NCBI GenBank assembly: GCA_965178125.1 | Contig: OZ237744.1 | Span: forward strand, 682,001 to 746,000 | Source of the DNA: Bilabrum cf. latius | Taxonomy: Eukaryota | Reading direction: 5' to 3' | Length of the DNA stretch: 64,000 bases | Part shown: positions 13,754 to 25,300 of the stretch, piece by piece | Layout: each line of letters starts with the position of its first letter | Numbering within the stretch: the stretch's first letter is position 1 | Position numbers and translations under genes: made by a program | Notes under the pieces: model-generated | Seen by the model: the letters and a program-made list of their open reading frames with translations, nothing else | Told to the model about the DNA's origin: nothing | The model's database searches: none

Positions 13754-15097
13754 TTAGAGCCCTGAATCCCGTTCACCCCCACCACTGCTCACTGGGCTCC
13801 GGTGAAGCTCCCTGCGTTGGGATTCCCAAATCTTCAGAAGTTCTGGGATGGAGCCAGCTCCCACCATAGCCCGAAGAATCCCACTCCTCGTAACCCTTGC
13901 CGCTTCCATCAATGAGTAACGATCATACACCGCTGGCATGTTGGGCAGAGACCACCCAGCCTGGCCGTGCACGTACTTCTCGTCCTTGGTTGGGTCCGTC
14001 TGGCGCAATGCTGACACTCCCGCACTCTTGAAGGCGTACACACCCTCCCCCTTGCGGTGCACAGGAATCCCTTGCGCTGTTATCCACTGCAGCGTGGCAC
14101 TGTGCGCAGCCCGTGTTCGAGAGGCGAATACTTCCCCGCGCTGCCCTTGTGTTGGCTACCGAACTGATACCCACCACTTCAGCCACCGATACGGGCACAA
14201 CTCCTCGAATCCATCCGGCAAGCATGGAATGACCGCTGGCGGGCGCTGCTCGGGGTTGCCGCCGAGCACCCGCGACTTGTACCGCTGCCACCCAATCAGG
14301 GCCACGGGAACAACCTCGTTGTCATCAGACGCTGCAGTCCACTCTATCTCCCCTATTGCCAGATGCACCAGATCTGGCCACCGGGCCAAGCCACAGAATG
14401 TCCCCACATAGCAGCACATAAATGTATCGAGAACCGCTGGTGTTGAGTTGTAGTCCGCACGGGCCAGCGCAGCTGGGCCTTGCCACATCGAATCCCACTC
14501 TGCCTGCAGCTACCAGGCCATCATCACTAGTGCTCGCAACGTTACAGGGTTGTCCACCAGGACACGTAGGGCACGTACCGCGTCCGGATCCGTCGCCCCG
14601 GCACATCTACGCTTGTAGCCGAGCAGGGCCAGTTTGACCTGCCTGTACTCCACGTCTGCGAGTGGGGTACGCGGGAACTCCGCTGACCTGAACCACGCCG
14701 TTTGCGCTTGGAACAATCGCAACACTGTGGCATACTTCAACCCGGCGGCGCACTACTCCGTCAGCAAAGCCCACATGGCCTCCACCGGATCCCCGACCTC
14801 AAGTTCCGCCTGCATGGTCAGATTCCGCCTGCGCGCGTCCAGAGCTCCCTTGCCGAGCTGCTGACTCTCCTACAGCATCAGGGTCCTAGTCGCCGCCACC
14901 GCTGCTCGCCGTTGTGCCGCAGCACTTGAGCCTGCTCGTCCAGTCACTGGGATCAGCTCCCCAAATGGTCCTGCGAAGATGAAATGGTGCATGAAAAGTT
15001 GAGTCAGATGTCGCCCTTGCCGCCGAGACAAACCCCGTTTTGCCCACGCGCTGCCCCGCCGTCTACACCAGTTGACCAGCACCGTCCTCCACCCTGC
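13754..15097 (-). CDS. Ngaro ORF3, tyrosine recombinase (frame open from 15097, first ATG 14992; 4 TAG)
   Basis: Four same-frame ORF pieces joined by TAG. GLAR(W)PDL arginine, YKSR lysine, YAFK at the HxxR position, GW and AVY nucleophile tyrosine. Ends TAA. Confidence 0.8.
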
Positions 15098-17402
15098 TCA
15101 ATCTATCGCATGCCACCATGATCGGTGTACTTCGCCTCTACCACACGGGGAAGATAACGTATCCCAAGTTCTCAGCCAGCCTTCCAATCTCTCGCAGCTC
15201 ATCTCGCTACCCAGCCTTCATCGAGCCGCCCTTCCGCAGCAAATTTGGCAGGGCTTGATTGTCTGACAGCACGAAGAGCGCCTCTGGGCAAGTCTGGCTC
15301 CTCGCCAACTAGCCTGGTCCTGACAAAAAAGCTCGTAGTGATGCTAGTTCGCGTGCCGTACTGGATAGTAACTGCATGTCCTCGTGGAAACCCATTTGCA
15401 TCAAGCCAGAATCACCATTGCCTCGGCGCCACATTGCACCCAGCCCATGGGCTGACGCGTCAGCACAAAACACGGATGCTCTCCCCTCCGGCAACGGGTA
15501 TATCGGTGCAGCTGCTGCCGCTGTCAAGATACCGCGGTCCCTACATGTCAGCCACCACTCAAATTCCTCGTTGAACTCTGCCGTCCAGATGTGCCTACCA
15601 CCTTTGCGAGCCTTTGCAGCCGCCTAGTATATCGCAAACACGTGCTGCGAAGCGTGGGGGATTACTGCCGCAGCCGCGCCCAACTGTCCTGCCAGTTTCT
15701 CCACAGCCTTGACCGCCAGCGCACTCGTTGCTAGCATGTTGAAAGCTCGCATTCGCTCAACGGTCCTCAGCACTGCGTGGATCCGTGGCCATCGATCCGA
15801 GCGCAGTGTCACCTTCAAGTGGGCTCCCAGGGTAATCTTTAGCCCAAGGAACTCAATCACCTATGTTGGAAAGGTAAGTTTGCTAGGCTATATCCTCATG
15901 CCAATCCCCCGCGCTACAAGCACGGCACACCACAACAACTACATAGTGCGGGCCTCCGTACGTGCTGACAGAAAGCCATCATCAATGTACCCAAAAGCCC
16001 AATGTGCGGTGCGCAGTCGCACCCCCGCTAGACACTCTGCCAACACTACTGATGCGACAAAACAGCCCATTCTGCAACCAAACGACAAGACCACAAACTA
16101 AAACATGCTGCCACCCACTCCGCGAACTGCCATCCATCGCTGCAGCCCCGGTGCCAGCGCTATACTATGATATGCCGCCTTGAAATCGAAGGCTGCCCCC
16201 CATTCGTGCCTGTCACGTCCCACGCGCTCTGCTAAATGCCGAGCAAAATCACCATACCGGAAACGCAAGTCAAGAAATGCCTCGTTCGCGCCCGAGCGCT
16301 TCATATCCGTGACTAGGCGCTGCTTGCCAGTCGTGTCCTCCCGCTGCACCAAGCGTGGTGTCTGACCCTCCCGCTGCTGTACCTCGATTGCGGTCCTCTT
16401 GGCAACGAACATAGGCGTCACCTAGACCGCGGCGCCCTCCACCGGTCGAATCTTGCCTGCACTCGCTGCTGCTTCCACGAACGGGACTACATCCTCCTCG
16501 TCCGCCGGCAAGTCCTTCGGGTCAGCCCGTACCGGCTGCGCCCCCAACACCTTCAAGACTGCCTCCGCCCGAAGCCCATGTCGTGCCAGTCCAACAAACC
16601 CCCGGCCCGCTACACAATCGGGCTCCACTGCGCCCCGCGCCCCGCAGCGTCGACAACGAGCCAAATGTGCCTGCCATGCTCCACGAGGTGACAGCGTACA
16701 CGGCTAGCGTGCTGCCCATCGCTCCCCCTGCTGCAGTTCGCCCCTACGCTCCCAGTGTGACAACGTTCCATACCAGACGTCCAAAGCAGATGATGGTGCC
16801 TAGCCCGGTGGGAATGACCGCAAGTCAATCTTGTCCCGCTTTGCCAGGCATCGTGCCCAAGCCTACCACATCCCGTCCGCACCCAATGCTGACGGCGCAT
16901 CCCCAGTCATCCCCGCTCCCGCATCACCGTCATTGTCCACAGAATAGCCGGCTGCTTCCATCTGCACCTCGTGCCATCGTCTCGAGGGGCCTGCAGATGC
17001 AACCTAGTCCAACAATTCGTCCGCGTGTTCCATGATGTCCGTCACAATGCACCGCCCATCCAGTGTCCGCAGGCTCGGCTCACCACGCTGTAGGGTCGGA
17101 GTCTTCTGCTGAGCCAGGATTTTTTGCGCTGCTTCCGAAGATAGTGCACATGCCTACACTACTGCAGCCCTTCCCCTGGCTCGGGCCGCGTCACCCATTC
17201 CCCGCTAGTCGGCCACTTCGTCTTGGGGAGGTACGGTGCTCCGCCTACGTTTTGGGCCCCGATGTCGTCCCTTTTTGGCGCTCTGACTCCTGCTGCGACT
17301 CTTGTCCACCCGCACTCGCGCTACTGCTGCTGCTGCTGCTGCTGCTGGCCTTCGCTGACTACCGTTTTGCCGCTGCCCCCGCTCCTCCAGCTGCGGCCCC
17401 AT
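14799..17402 (-). CDS. Ngaro ORF2, reverse transcriptase plus RNase H (more than a dozen TAG)
   Basis: RLVTD, FDFKAAYHSI, F*FVVLSFG, YIDD (15978-15989), PT*VIEFLG; RNase H motifs DASAHGLG, SSTAREL, SDNQ, ACDRLSR. Ends TGA. The start codon is uncertain. Confidence 0.9.
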
Positions 17403-19731
17403 GCTCCTTTGCCACCCGCTTCGCTCGCTCCAATGCTGACTTGTCTATCGCGGCTGTCACATCCTCCCACGCCATAGCGCTATGGTTGCCTGCCGGATTC
17501 AGTCCCAGTAATTCCCACGTGGGCCCCACCTGAGTCTGCGTCATCCGCAGCGGGGTCTCGTTCTCGCTCCGCAACTACCACAGTCGAAGCACCGCAGGAG
17601 TATCCATTCTCCCCACTGGTGCCACCCTATGTATCAAAATCATGCGCAGAGCAGTTGCTAACACGAAATGCTGACCCGTATTGGCTGTGTCCCCGTTGCC
17701 TCCACCTGCCGTGCGGACTGCTGCCGCATGAAGGACCATCCCCAAGCCCAAGAACATTCTTCGCACTGCAATCTCCAACGCCTCGTGAAGCTTGCTCATT
17801 ACTGCCCTGGCTTCCGCATGCTTATCCTGGTGCAGCAGTGTCGCAAGTGTGATAACCACCTTCAGCAACGACGTGCTCCCTGCCACGACCCACTCGAGCG
17901 CCCCACACACCGATCTGGTCAATATCGTGGGTAATCGAAAAATGTTGCCTTGTTCCAGTTCTGCCACTCCCGACAACACGTGCTACCCGCACTTACTCGC
18001 AAATTGCCTGATCCCGTCCGGCATGAGCAAATCACCCGCCTCCTCCAGCACCGGTGCCACATGAAAGCTGCGGCCAGATCCTGACTCCCGGCGAAAACCA
18101 GCCGCACTCGCCATAGAAGCGAACATTATCTGCGCGGGGCGTTCAATCCGAAGCAACGAAATCTTTGCCTTGTCCGCACTCGTCAGCGCCACTGAGGCCA
18201 AGTCCTTAGCTCTCTCGCCTTCCTCCCCGAGTTCGGCCAAATACCGTGCACTGTCCCTAAATTGAAGCACCTCCTAAGACCGTACGGTGTCGTAGAACAA
18301 AGAGTCAACTCCCTTCGCCGTGGGAATGGAATTATGCACTTCCTTGGCGCCGTCTCCATCGTCTGCTCCGACCTGGCCCTGGTATGGTGACTTCTTGCAG
18401 GCGCCGGCTGACGACTTAATCGCCTGGGTGGAGTGCTCGGGCCGGGCATTTAACTCAAGCGCAAGGGCACGGAGCAACTACAACGTACCATTGGGCTCAC
18501 CCGATGCCATGGCCGCAACCGCCTGTTGAATTCGCTTGTCGATCGCGTCACTCGCGGTCGCCTCTCCTGCTCCCGCGGATGCTCCCTCGACCTCTTGCTC
18601 GCGCCTTGCCGCCTTGGTGCGACGTTCCGAATCCGCCACAATGGCCTCCCAGGGAGCTTGTGCTTCCCCCACCTCTTCCGCTCTCCCCCTTTTTCCCAGC
18701 GTTGCGCCCGAGATGGTGCCCATCGACGCCTGCGCCCCAAACACCGCGCTGGCACCGCGGCTTGCCGTTGGACCTCCCGCTGGTTTGCCACCCGCCCCAG
18801 CATCGGCCGCAGTCACTCCACCATGGCTGAATCCGCCCCCAAAATCAAAGAGGCCCAGCTCGCTCGGCGGATGGCCTGAGGTAGCAGTCGCCCCTGCACC
18901 GGCCCCCCCGCTTGGGGCAGGCAGTTTCCACCCAAACCCGCCACCGTCCATGATGCCCCGGCCCAGTGAGTGCGCTCCCATCGGCCCCCCGGCTACACGT
19001 TCAGGCCTTGACCCCGTGAATGGTGCTGTTGTTGATGCCCCGGATGGTACCGGGATCACCGGTGCTCCCCAGAGTGGGAGCACCCCATTGCTGCCCGTCG
19101 CATCTTGGTCTGAGTTTCCACCCGTCGCCGCGCTCGCCGACGAACTGCTGCATGTTGGCTTCGGCATCGCATGGATCAGCATGTTGGGCAACAGAGCATC
19201 GAACATTTCGTCGAGGAAGGGGATCGTCCACGGTGCCACCCGGGCATAGCCGAACAGGGCCGCACGTGCTGCCCACGCTGCCTGCTGTGGCGTTACACCA
19301 CTCTGTAGTGGTTGCTGCAGGCATTTCCAGAGCTCACCATGGTCCTCGGGCATCAGATCGTCCTTTGAGAACCCTGCTGCCACTTCCAGAGCGCCACGCA
19401 GGCCCGATTCCACGTCTGGCGTCGTGGTCGGTTTGAACACGCCCATAACGGCAGCCCCTGCGCCCAGGGAAGCGACCGGCGTGTGGCCGCGTACGCAGCT
19501 GCCCAACAGAGCCCGCTGCGCATCTGCCCCTTCTTTGTTTAGCATGTTCACAGCCTCGCGTACGACAGGCTCCGAGAAGCTCGACATGTGTTCAACAGCC
19601 ATACCTTGAAACACATCGAAAACACCACCCACAGCGTTCACCCTCCGCCTCACCGTTGGGGCCATACGAGTGGTCATTCGCGCCACGATCGCCCGGCTTT
19701 GCTTCCATTGCGCACTCTGCTGGCTGAGCAT
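17191..19731 (-). CDS. Ngaro ORF1, putative Gag-like protein, about 846 aa (6 TAG)
   Basis: ATG at the inner edge of repeat A1; same-frame pieces separated only by TAG; ends TGA. Gag assignment is by position only. Confidence 0.7.
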
Positions 19732-19884
19732 TATTTCCTTTATCTTCTTCTGAATTCCCCTAAGTGAGAGCGCTGGTCTCGCTCAGCTCGTACTCGGAAT
19801 TGATCCGATCAGTATACCACTATCGGCCCAAACATCACTGTACATGGATGCTCTGTATTCGTCAGTAGGGGTGCCATTGAATCA
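19730..19884. repeat. Ngaro split direct repeat A1 (element 5' end)
   Basis: Copy of 13211-13365; ends within the ORF1 ATG. Confidence 0.95.
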
Positions 19885-20115
19885 CGATACGAGATTTACG
19901 GAAGCTTCTGTTGGGGTTCCGTCGGATTTTGAAATTTCCTTAGTGGCATACTTTCTGTCGGGGTTCCGTCGACCTACCGTTGACGGACGCTTCTGATGCG
20001 CATTCGTCAATCTTTGGTCGACCATAGTTTCTGTTAAGTTTTCGTCAATCATTCATCGTCGAGCCCAAAACGAAAGCTTCCGTCACTGATTGCTCTCCGT
20101 TGGAGCTCGCTCGGC
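19885..20115. repeat. Left arm (inner part) of a degenerate long inverted repeat; its outer part lies at about 11490-11545, beyond the Ngaro insertion
   Basis: Reverse complement matches 27641-27860 in several colinear blocks. Contains the internal motif YTTCTG-N7/8-TTCYGTC about four times. Confidence 0.6.
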
Positions 20116-22379
20116 TTTGCTGCTAGTTTTGCTTGCTGAATGCACGATTGCGTGGGATATTATTACATAATATAATATTTCAATAACATACAAGGCCGTG
20201 GAAGGCCGCGGGCCCCCGGGCCTGCCTTGTCGACGCGGGTTGCCGGCCTCTGAGGGATTTGCTCTGACCTCGCGGCGCGGCCGCCATCCCGAACGCGGGC
20301 CCCGGTTGTCCTCATGTTGCGCTATTTTCGGAGATAAGCTGCTCGACTCTGCATTCTTTCGTCCGTTCGGTGCCGCGCCTAAGTATGGGAGGTCCCATCA
20401 GTGCCTTCTTGCCATCTGCAGGGCGCTTCGTCGTCGGCGGTCCAAATAAGACTCCTCCTCCGCGGGACAGTAGAGAGGCCTCGAATCCGTCTTTTGTCAG
20501 CTGCACCAGGAGAACGCGGTCGGCTGGTGGTTTGCCTGCACCCGACACGGTGGGACAGGCCTCGGCAGAGCGCGGTTCCGGGCGGCGCTCGAGGTGGTGG
20601 CCTGCGAGAAGGGGGTGCAGAGCAGAAAGCGCATCATAGCATAATGTACGCGAAGCGAATGCCATGAGAGAGCAGTCTTGCGGCGTGCAGGTGCAGACTC
20701 ATGAACGCCGGCGGTGGGCGACCTAGTCTCGGGCAGAGGAAGCGGGCGGGGGAAGCGGCAGGGGCGAGGGGAGGCGCTTTTAGGAGGAGGACGAGGCGAT
20801 GCGCTGTTTCTCACTCGCGGGAAGATCCAGACATGGCGGAGGGATCACGAGTGGATTGTACCACGACCGAGCATCTGCCATTTGCATGCTGCGGGGGCGG
20901 GGCAAAGAGGGCGGGGCGCGGGCGAGTGCGGAGGGCTGGCCGTGGGGAGGGGAAGGAGTGCGTCACTTAAATGAGCGGCGGGCGAGAACGGCGAGAGGAT
21001 TTGCCTGAGAAGCAAAGCTAGCTCACCCAAAGAAGGACTCCCGCCTGGGATCGTGCCCTCAACAAGCTCCCGCCAGGCCTCGCGATCCTTGCCGAGGAGG
21101 CCTCCGCGCTGCGAGCACAAGCACGCGCTGCGGTCCCGTTTCGACTCTGCCTGCGAAACAAGGTGAAGGCAGTAGTGTTACGGTCAGCTCGGGACGGGTG
21201 CATCCAGGGCTCTTTCATGTTGCCGCGGGGGGAGGCACCGTGCGATGCCAGTCCATCTGAAGACGGCGGTCCGGGCGGAAGCTGTGCTCATGTCTGTGCC
21301 TCGCATCCCAATATCACGCACAACTTTTTGAACTTACTGCATCCTTGATGTTTGTGTGGGTCGATGAAAACCCGCCTGGAGTGCTTCGCGGGCCCGCGAG
21401 GCCGCCGCTCATTGCGGGCTGGTTGCTCGGCTGCTCCGTACACGCGCTCCCAGCGCGAACGCGAGCTCCCCTGAAGTCCAAATCTCAGTGCAAGACCTGA
21501 AGCGAGTCTGACACGCGAAATTCTCCAGGTTGACTGCCATGGTAGGGCTGATACCCGCCCTCGTCACCGTGCGCGCTTGCCGTCCGTTCGTGCGCATCTC
21601 GACTCGTAAGCACGAAAAAGCAGTCTGCAGTGGGAATTTGGGACACTCGATAAAGGATGCATTGGTTTGAGTCTATTTAATCACATTTCTTCCTCCATTA
21701 TCTAAGTTACACCCGGTACGGCCGCAGGGTTGGAGCCAACCGAGTCTTGCTCGGTTTGGGCGAGCACGACTACTTGCATGGCTTCAATGTGATCTAAACC
21801 GCTAATCCGAACCGACAGAACGATACATTCATATTCTTACCATGCATCTGAGCGTAGTATTCAAGGTTTCGCTTCCATCGGCCAACTGAAAGACGCGAGT
21901 TGTGCTCGACGCGGCGATGAGCGATTCATTCAAAATAAGATTTCTCACTATATCTGCACGCAATCGATTCCGGCGAATTTTTGACCATTTCCAACTCATT
22001 TATCTTGCGTTCTCGCGCGTTTGTGTCATATTCAGCCACATAACTATAGTTATAGTACAATTATATACTTGTTACCACTCAGGTTCTTCATGGTTCGACG
22101 TAATTGGATTGTATTACCAGATCTAAGTGTGGCAGTGAATCTAGTACGGCATTTCTTACCGCGAAACATATCCTGGGGCCATTTCGTCAGATAATAGAAG
22201 TTTATTTACCTGTAACTCCTCACTGACAGGCCAAAGAAGTTTTGACCCCCACGGATATCAACAGGCTAGCGGACAAGCTGCAGACGGGCATGGAGGGCCT
22301 GAAATGAACTGCGGGCTCCCTAGGGCTGTTGGTTGCTAGCATGCTAGATAGGCTGTGGAGGCTCTGGAATGCTAGCTCC

Positions 22380-25300
22380 GGGCACCACGGACACGGGGGG
22401 CCAGGACCCCGAGGCTGTCGTGAGCAGGGGCGGGCTGAAGGTGGTGTCGGGGGCTGCCCTGACGAGTGGGCCCATCGGGCATGGGAGGCCAGGACCCCAA
22501 GGCTGTCGTGAGCAGGGGCGGGCTGAAGGTGGTGTCGGGGGCTGCACTGACGAGTGGGCCCATCGGGCATGGGAGGCCAGGACCCCAAGGCTGTCGTGAG
22601 CAGGGGCGGGCTGAAGGTGGTGTCGGGGGCTGCACTGACGAGTGGGCCCATCGGGCATGGGAGGCCAGGTACCCAAGGCTGTCGTGAGCAGGGGCGGGCT
22701 GAAGGTGGTGCCGGGGGCTGCACTGACGAGTGGGCCCATCGGGCATGGGAGGCCAGGTACCCAAGGCTGTCGTGAGCAGGGGCGGGCTGAAGGTTGTGTC
22801 GGGGGCTGCACTGACGAGTGGGTCCATCGGGTACCACGGACACGGGGGCCAAGGACCCCAAGGCTGTCGTGGGCAGGGGCGGGCTGAAGGTGGTGTCGGG
22901 GGCTGCCCTGACGAGTGGGCCCATCGGGTACCACGGACACGGGGGGCCAGGAGCCCAAGGCTGTCGTGAGCAGGGGCGGGCTGAAGGTGGTGCCGGGGGC
23001 TGCACTGACGAGTGGGCCCATCGGGCATGGGGGGCCAGGACCCCGAGGCTGTCGTGAGCAGGGGCGGGCTGAAGGTGGTGTCGGGGGCTGCACTGACGAG
23101 TGGGCCCATCGGGTACCACGGACACGGGGGGCCAGGACCCCAAGGCTGTCGTGAGCAGGGGCGGGCTGAAGGTTGTGTCGGGGGCTGCACTGACGAGTGG
23201 GCCCATCGGGCATGGGGGGCCAGGAGCCCAAGGCTGTCGTGAGCAGGGGCGGGCTGAAGGTTGTGTCGGAGGCTGGTACTGATGAGTGGGCCCATCGGGC
23301 ATGGGAGGCCAGGAGCCCAAGGCTGTCGTGAGCAGGGGCGGGCTGAAGGTGGTGCCGGGGGCTGCACTGACGAGTGGGCCCATCGGGTACCACGGACACG
23401 GGGGGCCAGGACCCCAAGGCTGTCGTGAGCAGGGGCGGGCTGAAGGTGGTGTCGGGGGCTGCACTGACGAGTGGGTCCATCGGGTACCACGGACACGGGG
23501 GGCCAGGACCCCAAGGCTGTCGTGAGCAGGGGCGGGCTGAAGGTGGTGTCGGGGGCTGCACTGACGAGTGGGCCCATCGGGCATGGGGGGCCAGGACCCC
23601 GAGGCTGTCGTGAGCAGGGGCGGGCTGAAGGTGGTGTCGGGGGCTGCCCTGACGAGTGGGCCCATCGGGCATGGGGGGCCAGGACCCCAAGGCTGTCGTG
23701 AGCAGGGGCGGGCTGAAGGTGGTGTCGGGGGCTGCACTGACGAGTGGGCCCATCGGGCATGGGGGGCCAGGTACCCAAGGCTGTCGTGAGCAGGGGCGGG
23801 CTGAAGGTGGTGTCGGGGGCTGCACTGACGAGTGGGCCCATCGGGCATGGGGGGCCAGGACCCCAAGGCTGTCGTGAGCAGGGGCGGGCTGAAGGTGGTG
23901 TCGGGGGCTGCACTGACGAGTGGGCCCATCGGGTACCACGGACACGGGGGGCCAGGACCCCAAGGCTGTCTTGAGCAGGGGCGGGCTGAAGGTTGTGTCG
24001 GGGGCTGCACTGACGAGTGGGCCCATCGGGCATGGGGGGCCAGGTACCCAAGGCTGTCGTGAGCAGGGGCGGGCTGAGGGTGGTGTCGGGGGCTGCCCTG
24101 ACGAGTGGGTCCATCGGGCATGGGGGGCCAGGACCCCAAGGCTGTCGTGAGCAGGGGCGGGCTGAGGGTGGTGCCGGGGGCTATACGGACGAGTGGGCCC
24201 ATCGGGCATGGGAGGCCAGGAGCCCAAGGCTGTCGTGAGCAGGGGCGGGCTGAAGGTGGTGTCGGGGGCTGCACTGACGAGTGGGCCCATCGGGCATGGG
24301 GGGCCAGGACCCCAAGGCTGTCGTGAGCAGGGGCGGGCTGAAGGTGGTGTCGGGGGCTGCACTGACGAGTGGGCCCATCGGGTACCACGGGCATGGGGGG
24401 CCAGGACCCCAAGGCTGTCGTGAGCAGGGGCGGGCTGAAGGTTGTGTCGGGGGCTGCCCTGACGAGTGGGCCCATCGGGCATGGGGGGCCAGGACCCCAA
24501 GGCTGTCGTGAGCAGGGGCGGGCTGAAGGTGGTGTCGGGGGCTGCACTGACGAGTGGGCCCATCGGGCATGGGGGGCCAGGACCCCAAGGCTGTCGTGAG
24601 CAGGGGCGGGCTGAGGGTGGTGCCGGGGGCTGCACTGACGAGTGGGCCCATCGGGCATGGGAGGCCAGGAGCCCAAGGCTGTCGTGAGCAGGGGCGGGCT
24701 GAAGGTGGTGTCGGGGGCTGCACTGACGAGTGGGCCCATCGGGCATGGGGGGCCAGGACCCCAAGGCTGTCGTGAGCAGGGGCGGGCTGAAGGTGGTGTC
24801 GGGGGCTGCACTGACGAGTGGGCCCATCGGGTACCACGGACACGGGGGGCCAGGACCCCAAGGCTGTCGTGAGCAGGGGCGGGCTGAAGGTGGTGTCGGG
24901 GGCTGCACTGACGAGTGGGCCCATCGGGCATGGGGGGCCAGGACCCCAAGGCTGTCGTGAGCAGGGGCGGGCTGAAGGTTGTGGCGGGGGCTGCCCTGAC
25001 GAGTGGGCCCATCGGGCATGGGGGGCCAGGACCCCAAGGCTGTCGTGAGCAGGGGCGGGCTGAAGGTGGTGTCGGGGGCTGCACTGACGAGTGGGCCCAT
25101 CGGGTACCACGGACACGGGGGGCCAGGACCCCAAGGCTGTCGTGAGCAGGGGCGGGCTGAAGGTGGTGTCGGGGGCTATACGGACGAGTGGGCCCATCGG
25201 GTACCACGGACACGGGGGGCCAGGTACCCAAGGCTGTCGTGAGCAGGGGCGGGCTGAAGGTTGTGTCGGAGGCTGGTACTGATGAGTGGGTCCATCGGGC

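Larger units (their letters stand above)
11544..19884 (-). mobile_element. Ngaro-type tyrosine-recombinase retrotransposon, arranged A1-[ORF1, RT/RNase H, YR]-B1-A2-[spacer]-B2
   Basis: Split direct repeats A (19730-19884 = 13211-13365) and B (13364-13745 = 11544-11925), plus RT, RNase H and tyrosine recombinase ORFs. A shared CA dinucleotide sits at both ends and at the B1/A2 junction; no longer target-site duplication. Confidence 0.92.

Noticed and set aside
21715-21780. Possible tRNA (e.g. a UAG-reading tRNA)
   Set aside because: Only a simple hairpin (AACCGAG-N5-CTCGGTT), with no cloverleaf or T-loop. No tRNA was recognised anywhere in the window.
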